Positions 8,885-17,599 of a stretch of 64,000 bases of DNA are shown piece by piece. The notes beneath the pieces are model-generated. The model saw only the letters and a program-made list of their open reading frames with translations. It was not told the DNA's origin and did no database searches. Numbering within the stretch: the stretch's first letter is position 1; each line of letters opens with the position of its first letter. Source of the stretch: Candidatus Lustribacter sp. (GTDB lineage Bacteria; Vulcanimicrobiota; Vulcanimicrobiia; Vulcanimicrobiales; Vulcanimicrobiaceae); the NCBI GenBank assembly GCA_965277805.1, contig OZ255842.1, positions 4,960,001 through 5,024,000 of the forward strand, read 5' to 3'. A program made the position numbers and the translations under genes.

Positions 8885-10882
8885 ATGACGGGAAAGCGCC
8901 ACAGCGTGCGCCGGTTTTTGCTTGCGGTCGTCCTCTTCGTCGCCGCCGCGCGTGCGAGCGATGCGGAACCGGCCTTGGTGCCGAAGCCGCTACAGCAGAC
9001 CGTGCTTGCCTGCCGCGCGCCGCTTGCGCTTTCCCGGCCGCTGACGTTTCCGGCCGGTGTCGATCCGGGCGGCTTCGCGATCGTCCGCGAACGCTGGACG
9101 GCGCTGGGAATGCCGGCGCCGGTCATCGCGAAGCGTGCGGCGCCGGCGGTCGTGACGGACGGTTCCCAACACGGCGCGACGATGTACGATCTCCAGGTGA
9201 CCGCCGCCGGCGTCCGCATCCGGTCCACGCCGGATGAGGGTGCGTTTGACGCGCTCGCGACGCTGGCGCAACTGCCGGAGCGTGACGCGCGCGGCTGGCA
9301 CATCGCCTGCACGCAGATCCATGACGCGCCCGCATTGCGCTGGCGCATCGTTTCCGACGACATCTCGCGCGGGCCGTTCCCGACGATGGCCTACTTCAAA
9401 ACGCGCATCCGCACGCTGGCCGGGCTGAAGATCAACGGCTATTCGCCGTACATGGAATCGGTGTTCGACGACCCGGCGCATCCGTACGTTGCGTTTCCCG
9501 AGCGCCTCACCGCGGCCGAACTGCACGAACTCGCGACCTACGCCCGGACGTTTCACGTCGCGCTGATCCCCGAGCAGCAGACGTTCGCACACATGCACGA
9601 GACGCTGAAGTGGGAGGCGCTCGCGCCGCTTGCGGAGCTCCCGCACGGTTATCTGATGGCGGAATCGGATCCGCGCACGTATACCTATCTCGCACCGCTG
9701 GTGCGCGCCGAACTCGCGGCGACCGGCCCCACGCCGTTCTTTCATATCGGCGCCGACGAACCGCTCGATCTCGGCCGCGGCCGCACGCCGCGCTCGCCGC
9801 AAGTGTTTGCCGCCCACGTCAATCGTGTCGCAGCGATGGTGACCGGAACGGTGCGACCGATGATCTGGGACGACGCGGTCCAAGCCGATCCCTCGATCCT
9901 CGGCCTGCTCGCGAAGCGGACCGTCATCGTCACCTTCCACTACGGCGCCGAACCCTCGTTTGCGAAATACATCGCGACGATCGACCGCGCCGGCTTCGAT
10001 CAGCTCGTCTCGCCCGGCGCCAATAATTGGAACGAGATCTATGCCGATCTCGACACGGCGTATGCCAACGAAGCGCAGTTTCTCGCCGATGCCAAAGCGG
10101 CGCACAGCCCGCACGTCCTCGGCATGTTCGAGACCGTCTGGCACGACGACGGCGAATCGCTTTATGAAGCGACGTGGGCGCCGGTGGCGTTCGCGGCGGC
10201 GTCGGCCTGGCAAGTTGCGCCGGTCGATCGCGCGACTTGGCACCGTACGTTCGCGCAAATGTTCTTCGGCGGCGATGCGGATGAATTCGCGGCCGATCTC
10301 GACAACCTCGCCGCGATTCGCGCTACGCTGGTGATGAAGCCGGAAACCGATCCGCCAGACTATTCGTTCTGGTCGGACCCGTTCGATCCGCGTATCCAGG
10401 CGCGTATGCAGACCCTCGACTTAGCCGGGATGCGCCTGCGCGCCGAACGTATTCTCACGCACCTGATGGGCGCCCATCCGCCGCTGAACGCGCACGCCGC
10501 GGCCGTGATGCGCCTGGCGGCATTGCGCTACGACACGCTTGCGCGCCGCTATCAGATCGGCAAAGAGGCCCGCGACTACTATGACGATGCGCGCGCGCAC
10601 GCGCCGGCGCACGACGACGGCATCGTGTACCGCAGCCTCAACGTCGCAAAATACCTGTGCTGGGAGCTGCGCGATGAGATGACGGCGCTCGCGCCGCTCT
10701 ACGCGTCCGCGTGGAACTACGAGAGCCGGCCGGCCGGACGCGATCGCGTCATGGTGCGTTACACGGCGGCGGCCGAGAAAGCCGTCGCACAGGCCGACCG
10801 TTTGTATGCCGCCGCGCGCGAGGATTATCTGCGCGGTGGAACGCTGCCCTCGTTCGACGACGCGCTCGGCCCCACGCGATGA
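8885..10882 (+). CDS. Secreted GH20 beta-N-acetylhexosaminidase
   Basis: Signal peptide RRFLLAVVLFVAAARAS; IHDAPALRWR..DDISRG, LIPEQQTFAH, catalytic FFHIGADEP, MIWDD; start 8885 (ATG) or 8906 (GTG). Confidence 0.85.
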   Translation: MTGKRHSVRRFLLAVVLFVAAARASDAEPALVPKPLQQTVLACRAPLALSRPLTFPAGVDPGGFAIVRERWTALGMPAPVIAKRAAPAVVTDGSQHGATMYDLQVTAAGVRIRSTPDEGAFDALATLAQLPERDARGWHIACTQIHDAPALRWRIVSDDISRGPFPTMAYFKTRIRTLAGLKINGYSPYMESVFDDPAHPYVAFPERLTAAELHELATYARTFHVALIPEQQTFAHMHETLKWEALAPLAELPHGYLMAESDPRTYTYLAPLVRAELAATGPTPFFHIGADEPLDLGRGRTPRSPQVFAAHVNRVAAMVTGTVRPMIWDDAVQADPSILGLLAKRTVIVTFHYGAEPSFAKYIATIDRAGFDQLVSPGANNWNEIYADLDTAYANEAQFLADAKAAHSPHVLGMFETVWHDDGESLYEATWAPVAFAAASAWQVAPVDRATWHRTFAQMFFGGDADEFAADLDNLAAIRATLVMKPETDPPDYSFWSDPFDPRIQARMQTLDLAGMRLRAERILTHLMGAHPPLNAHAAAVMRLAALRYDTLARRYQIGKEARDYYDDARAHAPAHDDGIVYRSLNVAKYLCWELRDEMTALAPLYASAWNYESRPAGRDRVMVRYTAAAEKAVAQADRLYAAAREDYLRGGTLPSFDDALGPTR

Positions 10883-12837
10883 GCGGCATCGCGATCGTCC
10901 TCGTCTTCCTGCTGCTCGCGGGCTTGATGGTGGCGCGCAAGCTGCCGGCGCTCTTGGCGGTGCCGCTGATGGCGATCGCGATGGCAGCCCTCGCGGGTAA
11001 CGCGCCCACCGCGATCGCCGATGTTATCGTGCGCGGTGCCGTGCAGCTCGCGCCGGTCTATGCGACCGTGATCTTCGGCGCGCTGCTGAGCCGCGTCGTG
11101 CTCGCCACCGGCATCGCCGAAACGATCGTCACCTATGCGGCGGAATTCGGCGGCGACCAGCCGCTCGTGCTCGCGCTGCTCTTGTGCGCGGCGGTCGCGC
11201 TGTTATTCACCTCGGTGACGGGCCTCGGCGCGATCATCATGATCGGAACGATCGTGCTGCCCGTGATGATGACGGTCGGCGTGCCGCGCGTCACGGCGGC
11301 GACGCTGTTTCTGCTCGCATTCGGCCTCGGCTATATTCTCAACATCGCGCAGTGGACGTTCTACCGCCAGACGTTCGGTGTCGATCAGTCGCAGCTGCAG
11401 AACTACATCTTCGCGCTCTTCGCGATCGACGCGCTCGTGCTGATCCTCTTCGCGATCGTGCGCGGCCGCAGCACGCGCGACTACGCCACGTTCGCCGTCG
11501 CGGGAACGCCGCCGCGCAAACGGGTCGCGCCGTGGGCGCTGCTCACGCCGGTGCTGCCGCTCGTGCTCTACGCCGGTTTCCACGTCGATGCGCTGGTGGC
11601 GTTTCTGATCGCGGCCCTCTACGGCGTGCTCGCGACGCGGCCGCGCGAGATCGCGGCCACCTTGAGCGCGGCGTGGATTCGCGGTGTCGAAGACGTTGCG
11701 CCGGCGGTCATCTTGATGATGGGCATCGGCATGCTGCTGGTCGCCGTTAAGACGCCGGCCGTGCAGGATGCGGTGACGCCGGTCATCGCTGCGCTCGCGC
11801 CGCGCACGCCGCTCGCCTACATCATTGCGTTCGGTTTGCTCAGCCCGCTCGCGCTCTATCGTGGCCCGCTCAACCCGTTCGGCGTCGGCATCGGCGTCTA
11901 CACCGTGCTGGCCGCGCTGCACGTTTTGCCGCCGGTGGCGCTGGTGGCGGCGGTTATGGCGGTCGTGCAAGTGCAGAACGTCTGCGACCCGACGAACACG
12001 CAGAACGTCTGGGTGGCCAACTTCACCGGCGTTGCGGTCGAGCGCATCACGCGCCTCGTGCTGCCGTATCAAGTCAGCGTGGCGACGCTGGGCGTCGCGA
12101 GCGTCGTCGTCTTCGGCCGCGCACTCCTCGGCGTCGCGCCGTTTGCGACGGCGGCGGCGGCAGCGGCGGGCTTGCCGAGTATCGGTGCGCCGGCGGCGAA
12201 CGACGGCGTGATCGCCGTGGTCGCGGGGTCGCCGGCGGCAAGCGCGGCTGCGAGCGGAGTGACGGCGGCCATCGCACGCGGCTGGAAACCGCTGCGCGCG
12301 TTACCGGAGCCGGCCGTCGATACGCAGCACGATTGTGCGTCGCTCCCATACGCGAGCATCATGCGCGTGTCGGTGACCACCGGCGCCGCGACGCAAGACA
12401 TCGGGCTCGAACTGTTCGATTGCGCGGGCTGGAGTGTCGATCAATGGCACGCGCAAGGGAGCGATACGCGCGTTGCCGCGCTCGGCGATCTCGACCGCGT
12501 GCGCGTGTGGATGCACGAACATCCGCAACTGGCCGCTAACGTGCTCGGACGCGGCATCGCGTTCGACCCGGCGACCGGCCGTCCGACGTACTTCTTCACG
12601 CTTTACAAAACGAACGACGGCATCATGCGCGCGCTCGTGCGCACCGGCGGTCCCGCGTGGACGGCCGGCTTACGCACCGGCGACGTCGTCGACAAAGTCG
12701 ACGGAAAATTCTGGTGGGAGTACGGCACGTATCAAACGCAGTTGCGCGCGTACGACGGCCGCCCGCACACGTTCGAAGTAACGCGCGGCGCTCAGCACGG
12801 CATCCGCGTCGCGCTAGGAGAACCGTTTACGGGTTAG
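10879..12837 (+). CDS. Multi-TM ion-transporter-superfamily (GntP/citrate-transporter-like) permease fused to a soluble C-terminal region with a PDZ-like domain
   Basis: About 430 aa hydrophobic (KLPALLAVPLMA, GLGAIIMIGTIVLP, LYRGPLNPFG, CDPTNTQNVW), then soluble region with GGPAWTAGLRTGDVVDKVDG; ATGA overlap with GH20. Confidence 0.75.
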   Translation: MSGIAIVLVFLLLAGLMVARKLPALLAVPLMAIAMAALAGNAPTAIADVIVRGAVQLAPVYATVIFGALLSRVVLATGIAETIVTYAAEFGGDQPLVLALLLCAAVALLFTSVTGLGAIIMIGTIVLPVMMTVGVPRVTAATLFLLAFGLGYILNIAQWTFYRQTFGVDQSQLQNYIFALFAIDALVLILFAIVRGRSTRDYATFAVAGTPPRKRVAPWALLTPVLPLVLYAGFHVDALVAFLIAALYGVLATRPREIAATLSAAWIRGVEDVAPAVILMMGIGMLLVAVKTPAVQDAVTPVIAALAPRTPLAYIIAFGLLSPLALYRGPLNPFGVGIGVYTVLAALHVLPPVALVAAVMAVVQVQNVCDPTNTQNVWVANFTGVAVERITRLVLPYQVSVATLGVASVVVFGRALLGVAPFATAAAAAAGLPSIGAPAANDGVIAVVAGSPAASAAASGVTAAIARGWKPLRALPEPAVDTQHDCASLPYASIMRVSVTTGAATQDIGLELFDCAGWSVDQWHAQGSDTRVAALGDLDRVRVWMHEHPQLAANVLGRGIAFDPATGRPTYFFTLYKTNDGIMRALVRTGGPAWTAGLRTGDVVDKVDGKFWWEYGTYQTQLRAYDGRPHTFEVTRGAQHGIRVALGEPFTG

Positions 12838-13772
12838 GACGCGATGTTCAGGAAGACGGTTGGAATTTCGGGCCGCTGGAACGACGGCGGCGGGAAGGTA
12901 CCGACGCCGGCAAACGTTTGTCCCTGAATCTCGCCGGTTAGCTTCTGTTGCGCCGGTTCGAGTTGCGCTACCGCAGCTTCGTTGTCGGCCGCGCGCGCGG
13001 CGGCGATGCGGAAATCCACCGCTTGCAGTTGCTGTTGTGCGGCGGCCTGCGCTGCGGCTTGGGCGTCGGCCGCCTCGGCGGCGGCTTGCGACGCTTGTGC
13101 TTCCTGCTTCTCGGCTTGAATGACGATCGGGTTCGTCGCCGGCGCGCCGAGCAATCCGAGTGCCGGATTATTTTCCACGGCGGTGCCGCCCGGAATCGGC
13201 GGCGGACCGCCGGCTCCCAATAAGCCGGTGGGCGGCGGCGGTTGCTGGTTGCTGCCGCTGGTATTTTGGCTCGTGTCGCTCTGCGTCGCGTCGGTCTTCG
13301 CGAGGGTGTCGCTCTCGTTCGCGACCTTCTGATCGGTGGCGTCGGATTTCGATAACGTCGGCGGCGGCTGCGAGGTCGTAGTGGTGGGTGCAGCATCGCC
13401 CGAATTCGTGCCAGCGGCGGGTGGTTGTGTTTGCGCCGCGCCGGTGGTTGCCGCTGCAGCGGCGCCTTTGACCGCGGCGGCTTCATCGCCCGCGCCTGGA
13501 TCCGCGGGCGGTGCCGGCGTCGGCGGCGGTGCTGCCACGATCGAGAGCCGGCCGTTCACCACGCCGGGCGTGCCGTAGGTTGAACCGTTGGTTCCGAAGC
13601 CTGCATACGACGACGGGAACGCGGTGAAGTTTTTCGCCTCGGGCGGTGGGCTTGGGGGCGGCGGCGGGGGCGCAGGCGCGGGCGTGGTTGCGCCGGGCAC
13701 GGCAGCGCCGGCGCCAGTGAGCTGCCGCGTGGTGGTCGCCGGCGAAGCGCCGAGCGGAGCGAGCCCAGCCAT
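12834..13772 (-). CDS. Low-complexity Pro/Ala/Thr/Gln-rich hypothetical protein
   Basis: 312-aa ORF filling the gap; TATGAT box 6 nt before the ATG. Confidence 0.65.
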   Translation of the reverse strand: MAGLAPLGASPATTTRQLTGAGAAVPGATTPAPAPPPPPPSPPPEAKNFTAFPSSYAGFGTNGSTYGTPGVVNGRLSIVAAPPPTPAPPADPGAGDEAAAVKGAAAAATTGAAQTQPPAAGTNSGDAAPTTTTSQPPPTLSKSDATDQKVANESDTLAKTDATQSDTSQNTSGSNQQPPPPTGLLGAGGPPPIPGGTAVENNPALGLLGAPATNPIVIQAEKQEAQASQAAAEAADAQAAAQAAAQQQLQAVDFRIAAARAADNEAAVAQLEPAQQKLTGEIQGQTFAGVGTFPPPSFQRPEIPTVFLNIAS

Positions 13773-13784
13773 GCTTCTATCATA
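13773..13784 (-). promoter_or_regulatory. -10 box TATGAT, 6 nt upstream of ATG (leaderless-type promoter)
   Basis: Minus strand reads GGG-TATGAT-AGAAGC-ATG. Confidence 0.5.
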
Positions 13785-13837
13785 CCCGGATCAAGCGCTC
13801 CCTTGAAGCGCTCCGGCCGGGAATTTTCAAAAAATGC

Positions 13838-13866
13838 TTGACGGACATCGTCGGGAGAGCTATTGT
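13838..13866 (+). promoter_or_regulatory. Sigma70-type promoter of the GntR/ABC operon
   Basis: TTGACG (13838-13843), 17-nt spacer, TATTGT (13861-13866); AT-rich tract upstream. Confidence 0.8.
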
Positions 13867-13890
13867 ACTAATACAACAGTACGACAGTAC
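13864..13890. promoter_or_regulatory. Putative YtrA/GntR operator overlapping -10/+1
   Basis: TGTACT-AATACAAC-AGTAC inverted repeat plus a second ACAGTAC copy. Confidence 0.65.
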
Positions 13891-13917
13891 GTTGGTTGAT
13901 TAGCAAAGGAGCCCACG

Positions 13918-14064
13918 ATGACCAACCTGAGCCGTCCTAGCCACCCGAGCCGTCCCTTGAACTCGATCGTCCCGGCGCTGCTCGAGAGCGACCGTCGCCC
14001 GACCCTCATCCGTCCCGCCGGCGACCGCGGCACGATCTTCAGCGGCTGGGGCCCGAAGCTCTAA
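13918..14064 (+). CDS. Small 48-aa ORF leading the GntR operon (absent from ORF track)
   Basis: AAAGGAG SD then ATG 13918; MTNLSRPSHPSRPLNSIVPALLESDRRPTLIRPAGDRGTIFSGWGPKL*; stop 1 nt before the GntR TTG. Confidence 0.6.
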   Translation: MTNLSRPSHPSRPLNSIVPALLESDRRPTLIRPAGDRGTIFSGWGPKL

Positions 14065-14065
14065 C

Positions 14066-14470
14066 TTGCCCCCCACGATTTTCACGGTCGATCCGCGGAG
14101 CGGTGTCCCGCTCTACCTGCAGCTGACCGAACAGATCAAGCGCGCGATCGCGCTCGGCACGCTCGCCCCCGGCGAGCAGTTGCCGACGGTGAAAGCGCTG
14201 GCGCTCGAACTGACCGTCAATCCGAATACCGTGGCACGCGTGTATCGCGAGCTCGAGCGGGACGGCGTGATCGATACGAGCCCCGGCCGCGGATCGTTCG
14301 TCAGCGCGGGCAAAGCCGGCGCGGAAGCGCGCCGCGCGGTCGCCGACGTGGCGCGCGCTGCGTTCGAAGGTGCCGTGCGCGAAGCGAAGTCGCTCGGACT
14401 TACGCGTGAAGAAACACACGAACTCATGACGCGCACGATCGCGCGCTGGTACGAAACGGAGAACGAATGA
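14066..14470 (+). CDS. ytrA: GntR-family regulator, YtrA subfamily
   Basis: PLYLQL..QIK.AI..G.L.PGEQLPTVK.LA.EL.VNPNTVARVYRELE; short C-terminus; precedes ABC genes. Confidence 0.9.
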   Translation: MPPTIFTVDPRSGVPLYLQLTEQIKRAIALGTLAPGEQLPTVKALALELTVNPNTVARVYRELERDGVIDTSPGRGSFVSAGKAGAEARRAVADVARAAFEGAVREAKSLGLTREETHELMTRTIARWYETENE

Positions 14471-15354
14471 CTGCGCCGCTGATTGCCCTGAACGGTTTGA
14501 CGAAGCGCTACGGCAGCTTCACGGCGGTCGACGACGTCACGCTCGAGGTCCCCGAGGGTTCGATCTGCGGTTTGCTCGGGCCGAACGGCGCGGGTAAGAC
14601 GACGACGTTCAAGTGCATGCTCGCGTTCGTGAAGCCGAGTGCCGGAACGATTCTGATCGAGGGCGCGCCGGTGACGCCGGCGACGTTTGAAACGATGGCC
14701 TACGTGCCGGAGCGCGCGTCGCTCTACGATAACCTCACGATCGGCGATCACCTCGCGCTCTACCGGCGTTCGTACAAACGCTTCGACGCGGCCCGCGCGA
14801 ACGAGTTGCTCGCGCTCTTCAGCTTGGAAGCGAAGCAGAAAGCGCAGCGCCTTTCCAAGGGAATGCGCACCGCCGTCGCGCTCGTGCTGGCGTTTTCGAT
14901 CCGGCCGCGCGTTTTGATTCTCGACGAACCTTCGAGCGGGCTCGATCCGATCCACCAGCGTCACGTGCTCGATTTGATGATTGAAGCGGCCGCGAACGGT
15001 GCGGCGGTACTGTTCTCCTCGCATCAAGTCGGACAAGTCGAACGGGCCGCCGATTCGGTCGCGATCATGAAGCGCGGCAAGCTGATCGTGAACAGCGTGA
15101 TCGACGACTTGAAGAGCGGCGAGAAGATCATTGAAGCGGTGTTTGCCGGACCGGTGCCCGATCTCGGCGACCTCGCCGGCGATCCGCGCATCTTGCGTAC
15201 GGAACAAGCCGGTTCGCTGCTGCGCGTCGTCACGCGCGACGACAATGACGCGATCGCGCAGCGCGTCTTCGCCCTCCATCCCAAGAGCATTCGCACCATC
15301 GACCTCAACCTCGAGGAGATCTTCATGAACGCCGTCAGCGGAGACCAGCACTAA
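14467..15354 (+). CDS. ABC transporter ATP-binding protein (YtrB-like exporter)
   Basis: GPNGAGKTT, LSKGM, LILDEP, FSSH. Confidence 0.92.
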   Translation: MTAPLIALNGLTKRYGSFTAVDDVTLEVPEGSICGLLGPNGAGKTTTFKCMLAFVKPSAGTILIEGAPVTPATFETMAYVPERASLYDNLTIGDHLALYRRSYKRFDAARANELLALFSLEAKQKAQRLSKGMRTAVALVLAFSIRPRVLILDEPSSGLDPIHQRHVLDLMIEAAANGAAVLFSSHQVGQVERAADSVAIMKRGKLIVNSVIDDLKSGEKIIEAVFAGPVPDLGDLAGDPRILRTEQAGSLLRVVTRDDNDAIAQRVFALHPKSIRTIDLNLEEIFMNAVSGDQH

Positions 15355-16073
15355 TGGAATACGTCGAACTGCTGCGCGTCCGCCGCTCGCTCATCTGGAA
15401 CGCCGGTATCTTGGCCGTCGTCGTTCTCGGCATCCTCGCCCTCGGTAACCATTCGACGATTAACGTCAACGGCGGCACCACCAGTCTCGCGGCAGGCGCC
15501 GCGCTGCCGGCCGGCGTGCTTGCAACGATCGGAGCGTTCCTCGCGGCGATCTACGCATCGTCGATCGGCACATCGCTCAACCGCGAGAGTTCGACCCGCG
15601 ACATCTCGTGGACGAAGCCGGTATCGCGCACGATGCTCGCGATCCGCTTCATCTGCATCGACCTGGCCGGGGTCGTCATCGCCTACGCGGTCGCGCTCAT
15701 CCTCGTTTATCTTACGCTGTCGTATTTGCACATCTCGATTACAGACGACGGTCACGGCACCGCCGAGTACGTTCTTGGGTGCGGCGTAGGTCTGATGTGG
15801 TATGGACTGCTGCAATTGGTGACGTGCGGCTTCGGCCCCGGCGGGCGCTCCATGTCCGGCATCCTATGGCCGATCGCACTGCTCTGCCAAGGGCTGGCAC
15901 ATCTCGGCGGACCGGCCGGCCAAGTCATCCGCGCGATCGACCTCTTCAATCCGCTCTCGTACATGGACAACATCACGCACGGGGGAGCCGAAACGGCAGC
16001 CGTCACCGTCTGGCTGTTTGCGCTCGTATACTGCGTTCTCGCGGTCGTCATCTGGCCGCGGCGGGAGGCGTAA
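15354..16073 (+). CDS. ABC-2-type permease
   Basis: About 6 TM helices, WTKPVSR motif, coupled to the ATPase gene. Confidence 0.75.
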   Translation: MEYVELLRVRRSLIWNAGILAVVVLGILALGNHSTINVNGGTTSLAAGAALPAGVLATIGAFLAAIYASSIGTSLNRESSTRDISWTKPVSRTMLAIRFICIDLAGVVIAYAVALILVYLTLSYLHISITDDGHGTAEYVLGCGVGLMWYGLLQLVTCGFGPGGRSMSGILWPIALLCQGLAHLGGPAGQVIRAIDLFNPLSYMDNITHGGAETAAVTVWLFALVYCVLAVVIWPRREA

Positions 16074-16077
16074 ACTG

Positions 16078-16257
16078 ATGGAATTCATCGGCTCCGGTTT
16101 CGTGCTCACGATCGGCAGCATGCGGCTGCGCGTGCGCATCGCGCTCGAAGAGACGCCGCACGAATGCGCTGCGCACGGGAAGGCACCGGCGTTCGCCCGC
16201 GAAGAGCGGGATGATGACCGCCCCGCCCGACGCTCGTATCGCATTCATCCGCGCTAA
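16078..16257 (+). CDS. Possible small protein, 59 aa
   Basis: GGGAGG SD then ATG 16078 (MEFIGSGFVLTIGSMRLRVRIALEE...); overlaps the next gene by about 47 nt. Confidence 0.35.
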   Translation: MEFIGSGFVLTIGSMRLRVRIALEETPHECAAHGKAPAFAREERDDDRPARRSYRIHPR

Positions 16258-17599
16258 CCGCGATCGCTATCTCAGCGAACTGACGGCCTGGATCGCGAAC
16301 CCGTCGATCTCGGCCGATCCGGCGTACGACGCAAACGTACGCGCGTCGGCCGAAACCGCCGCCGCCCGCATGCGCGCCGCCGGCCTCACCGGCGACGTGC
16401 TCGAGACCGCGGGGCATCCGGTCGCCTACGGTGAGTGGCTCGGGGCACCGGGCGCGCCGACGATCCTGATCTACGGCCATCACGACGTGCAGCCCGCCGA
16501 TCCGCTCGAGCTCTGGACGTCGCCGCCGTTCGAAGCGGCCGTGCGCGACGGCAAGATCTACGGCCGCGGTTCGGTCGACGACAAAGGCCAGGTGCTGATG
16601 CATCTGGCCGCGATCGAAGCGCATCTGCGCGTGAACGGCAAACTGCCGCTCAACGTCAAGGTCATCGTCGAAGGCGAAGAAGAGATCGGTTCGCCGAACT
16701 TCGAGGCGTTTCTCGCGCGCGAATCCGCGCGGCTGGCGTGCGACGTCGTCGTTGTTTCCGACACGGCGGTGTTCGCCGAAGACGTGCCGTCCTTGACGGT
16801 GTCGCTGCGTGGCTTGGTGCACTGGGAAGTCACCGTGCATGGCCCGGCAAGCGATTTGCACTCGGGCTACTATGGCGGCGTCGTGCGCAATCCGCTCGAA
16901 GCGCTGGCCCAAATGCTCGCCTCGCTCAAAGACGGTGAAGGCCGCGTTGCGGTGCCCGGCTTTTACGACGGCGTGCGCGCGTTGACGGCCGCCGAACATG
17001 CCGAGTATGCGAACCTGCCGTTCGATGCTGCGCGCGAAGCCGCAGCGCTCGGCGTTTCCGCGCTCGCGGGCGAAGCGGGCTATACGCCGCTCGAGCGGAT
17101 GTGGCGCCGGCCGACGCTCGAGCTCAACGGAATGTACGGCGGCTATCAAGGCCCCGGCGGAAAGACGATCGTGCCGTCGTTCGCGCGGGCCAAGATTTCG
17201 GCGCGGCTCGTGCCGGCGCAGGATCCGGCGCACGTGAAGCAGGCCGTAAGCGAACATCTCCAGCGCGTCGCACCGAACGGCGTGCGCGTGGAGGTCGAGG
17301 CGCACGGTGACGTGCGCGCGGTCGAAACGTCACGCGATCACCCGGCCGTGCTGGCCGCTGCACGCGCGATGGAACGCGGCTTCGGCAAGCCGCCGGTTTT
17401 TATCGGTACGGGCGGCACGATCGGACCGGTTTCATCCTTCGATCGCATCCTTGGTTTGCCCCAAGTACTAATCGGCGTCGGTCTCCCCGACGATGCGATT
17501 CACGCACCGAACGAGAAGTTCGACCTCGGACAATTTTACGGAGGTATCGAAACGATGGCATACCTCTACGACGAATTAGCAGCGGAGCTTCACCCTTGA
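16211..17599 (+). CDS. M20 family dipeptidase (ArgE/DapE-like)
   Basis: YGHHDVQP, YGRGSVDDKG, EGEEEIGS, DLHSG, IHAPNEKF. Confidence 0.92.
   Translation: MMTAPPDARIAFIRANRDRYLSELTAWIANPSISADPAYDANVRASAETAAARMRAAGLTGDVLETAGHPVAYGEWLGAPGAPTILIYGHHDVQPADPLELWTSPPFEAAVRDGKIYGRGSVDDKGQVLMHLAAIEAHLRVNGKLPLNVKVIVEGEEEIGSPNFEAFLARESARLACDVVVVSDTAVFAEDVPSLTVSLRGLVHWEVTVHGPASDLHSGYYGGVVRNPLEALAQMLASLKDGEGRVAVPGFYDGVRALTAAEHAEYANLPFDAAREAAALGVSALAGEAGYTPLERMWRRPTLELNGMYGGYQGPGGKTIVPSFARAKISARLVPAQDPAHVKQAVSEHLQRVAPNGVRVEVEAHGDVRAVETSRDHPAVLAAARAMERGFGKPPVFIGTGGTIGPVSSFDRILGLPQVLIGVGLPDDAIHAPNEKFDLGQFYGGIETMAYLYDELAAELHP

Noticed and set aside
13620-13690. G-rich tract as a regulatory repeat or G-quadruplex
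   Set aside because: Explained by the poly-Pro codons of the minus-strand gene
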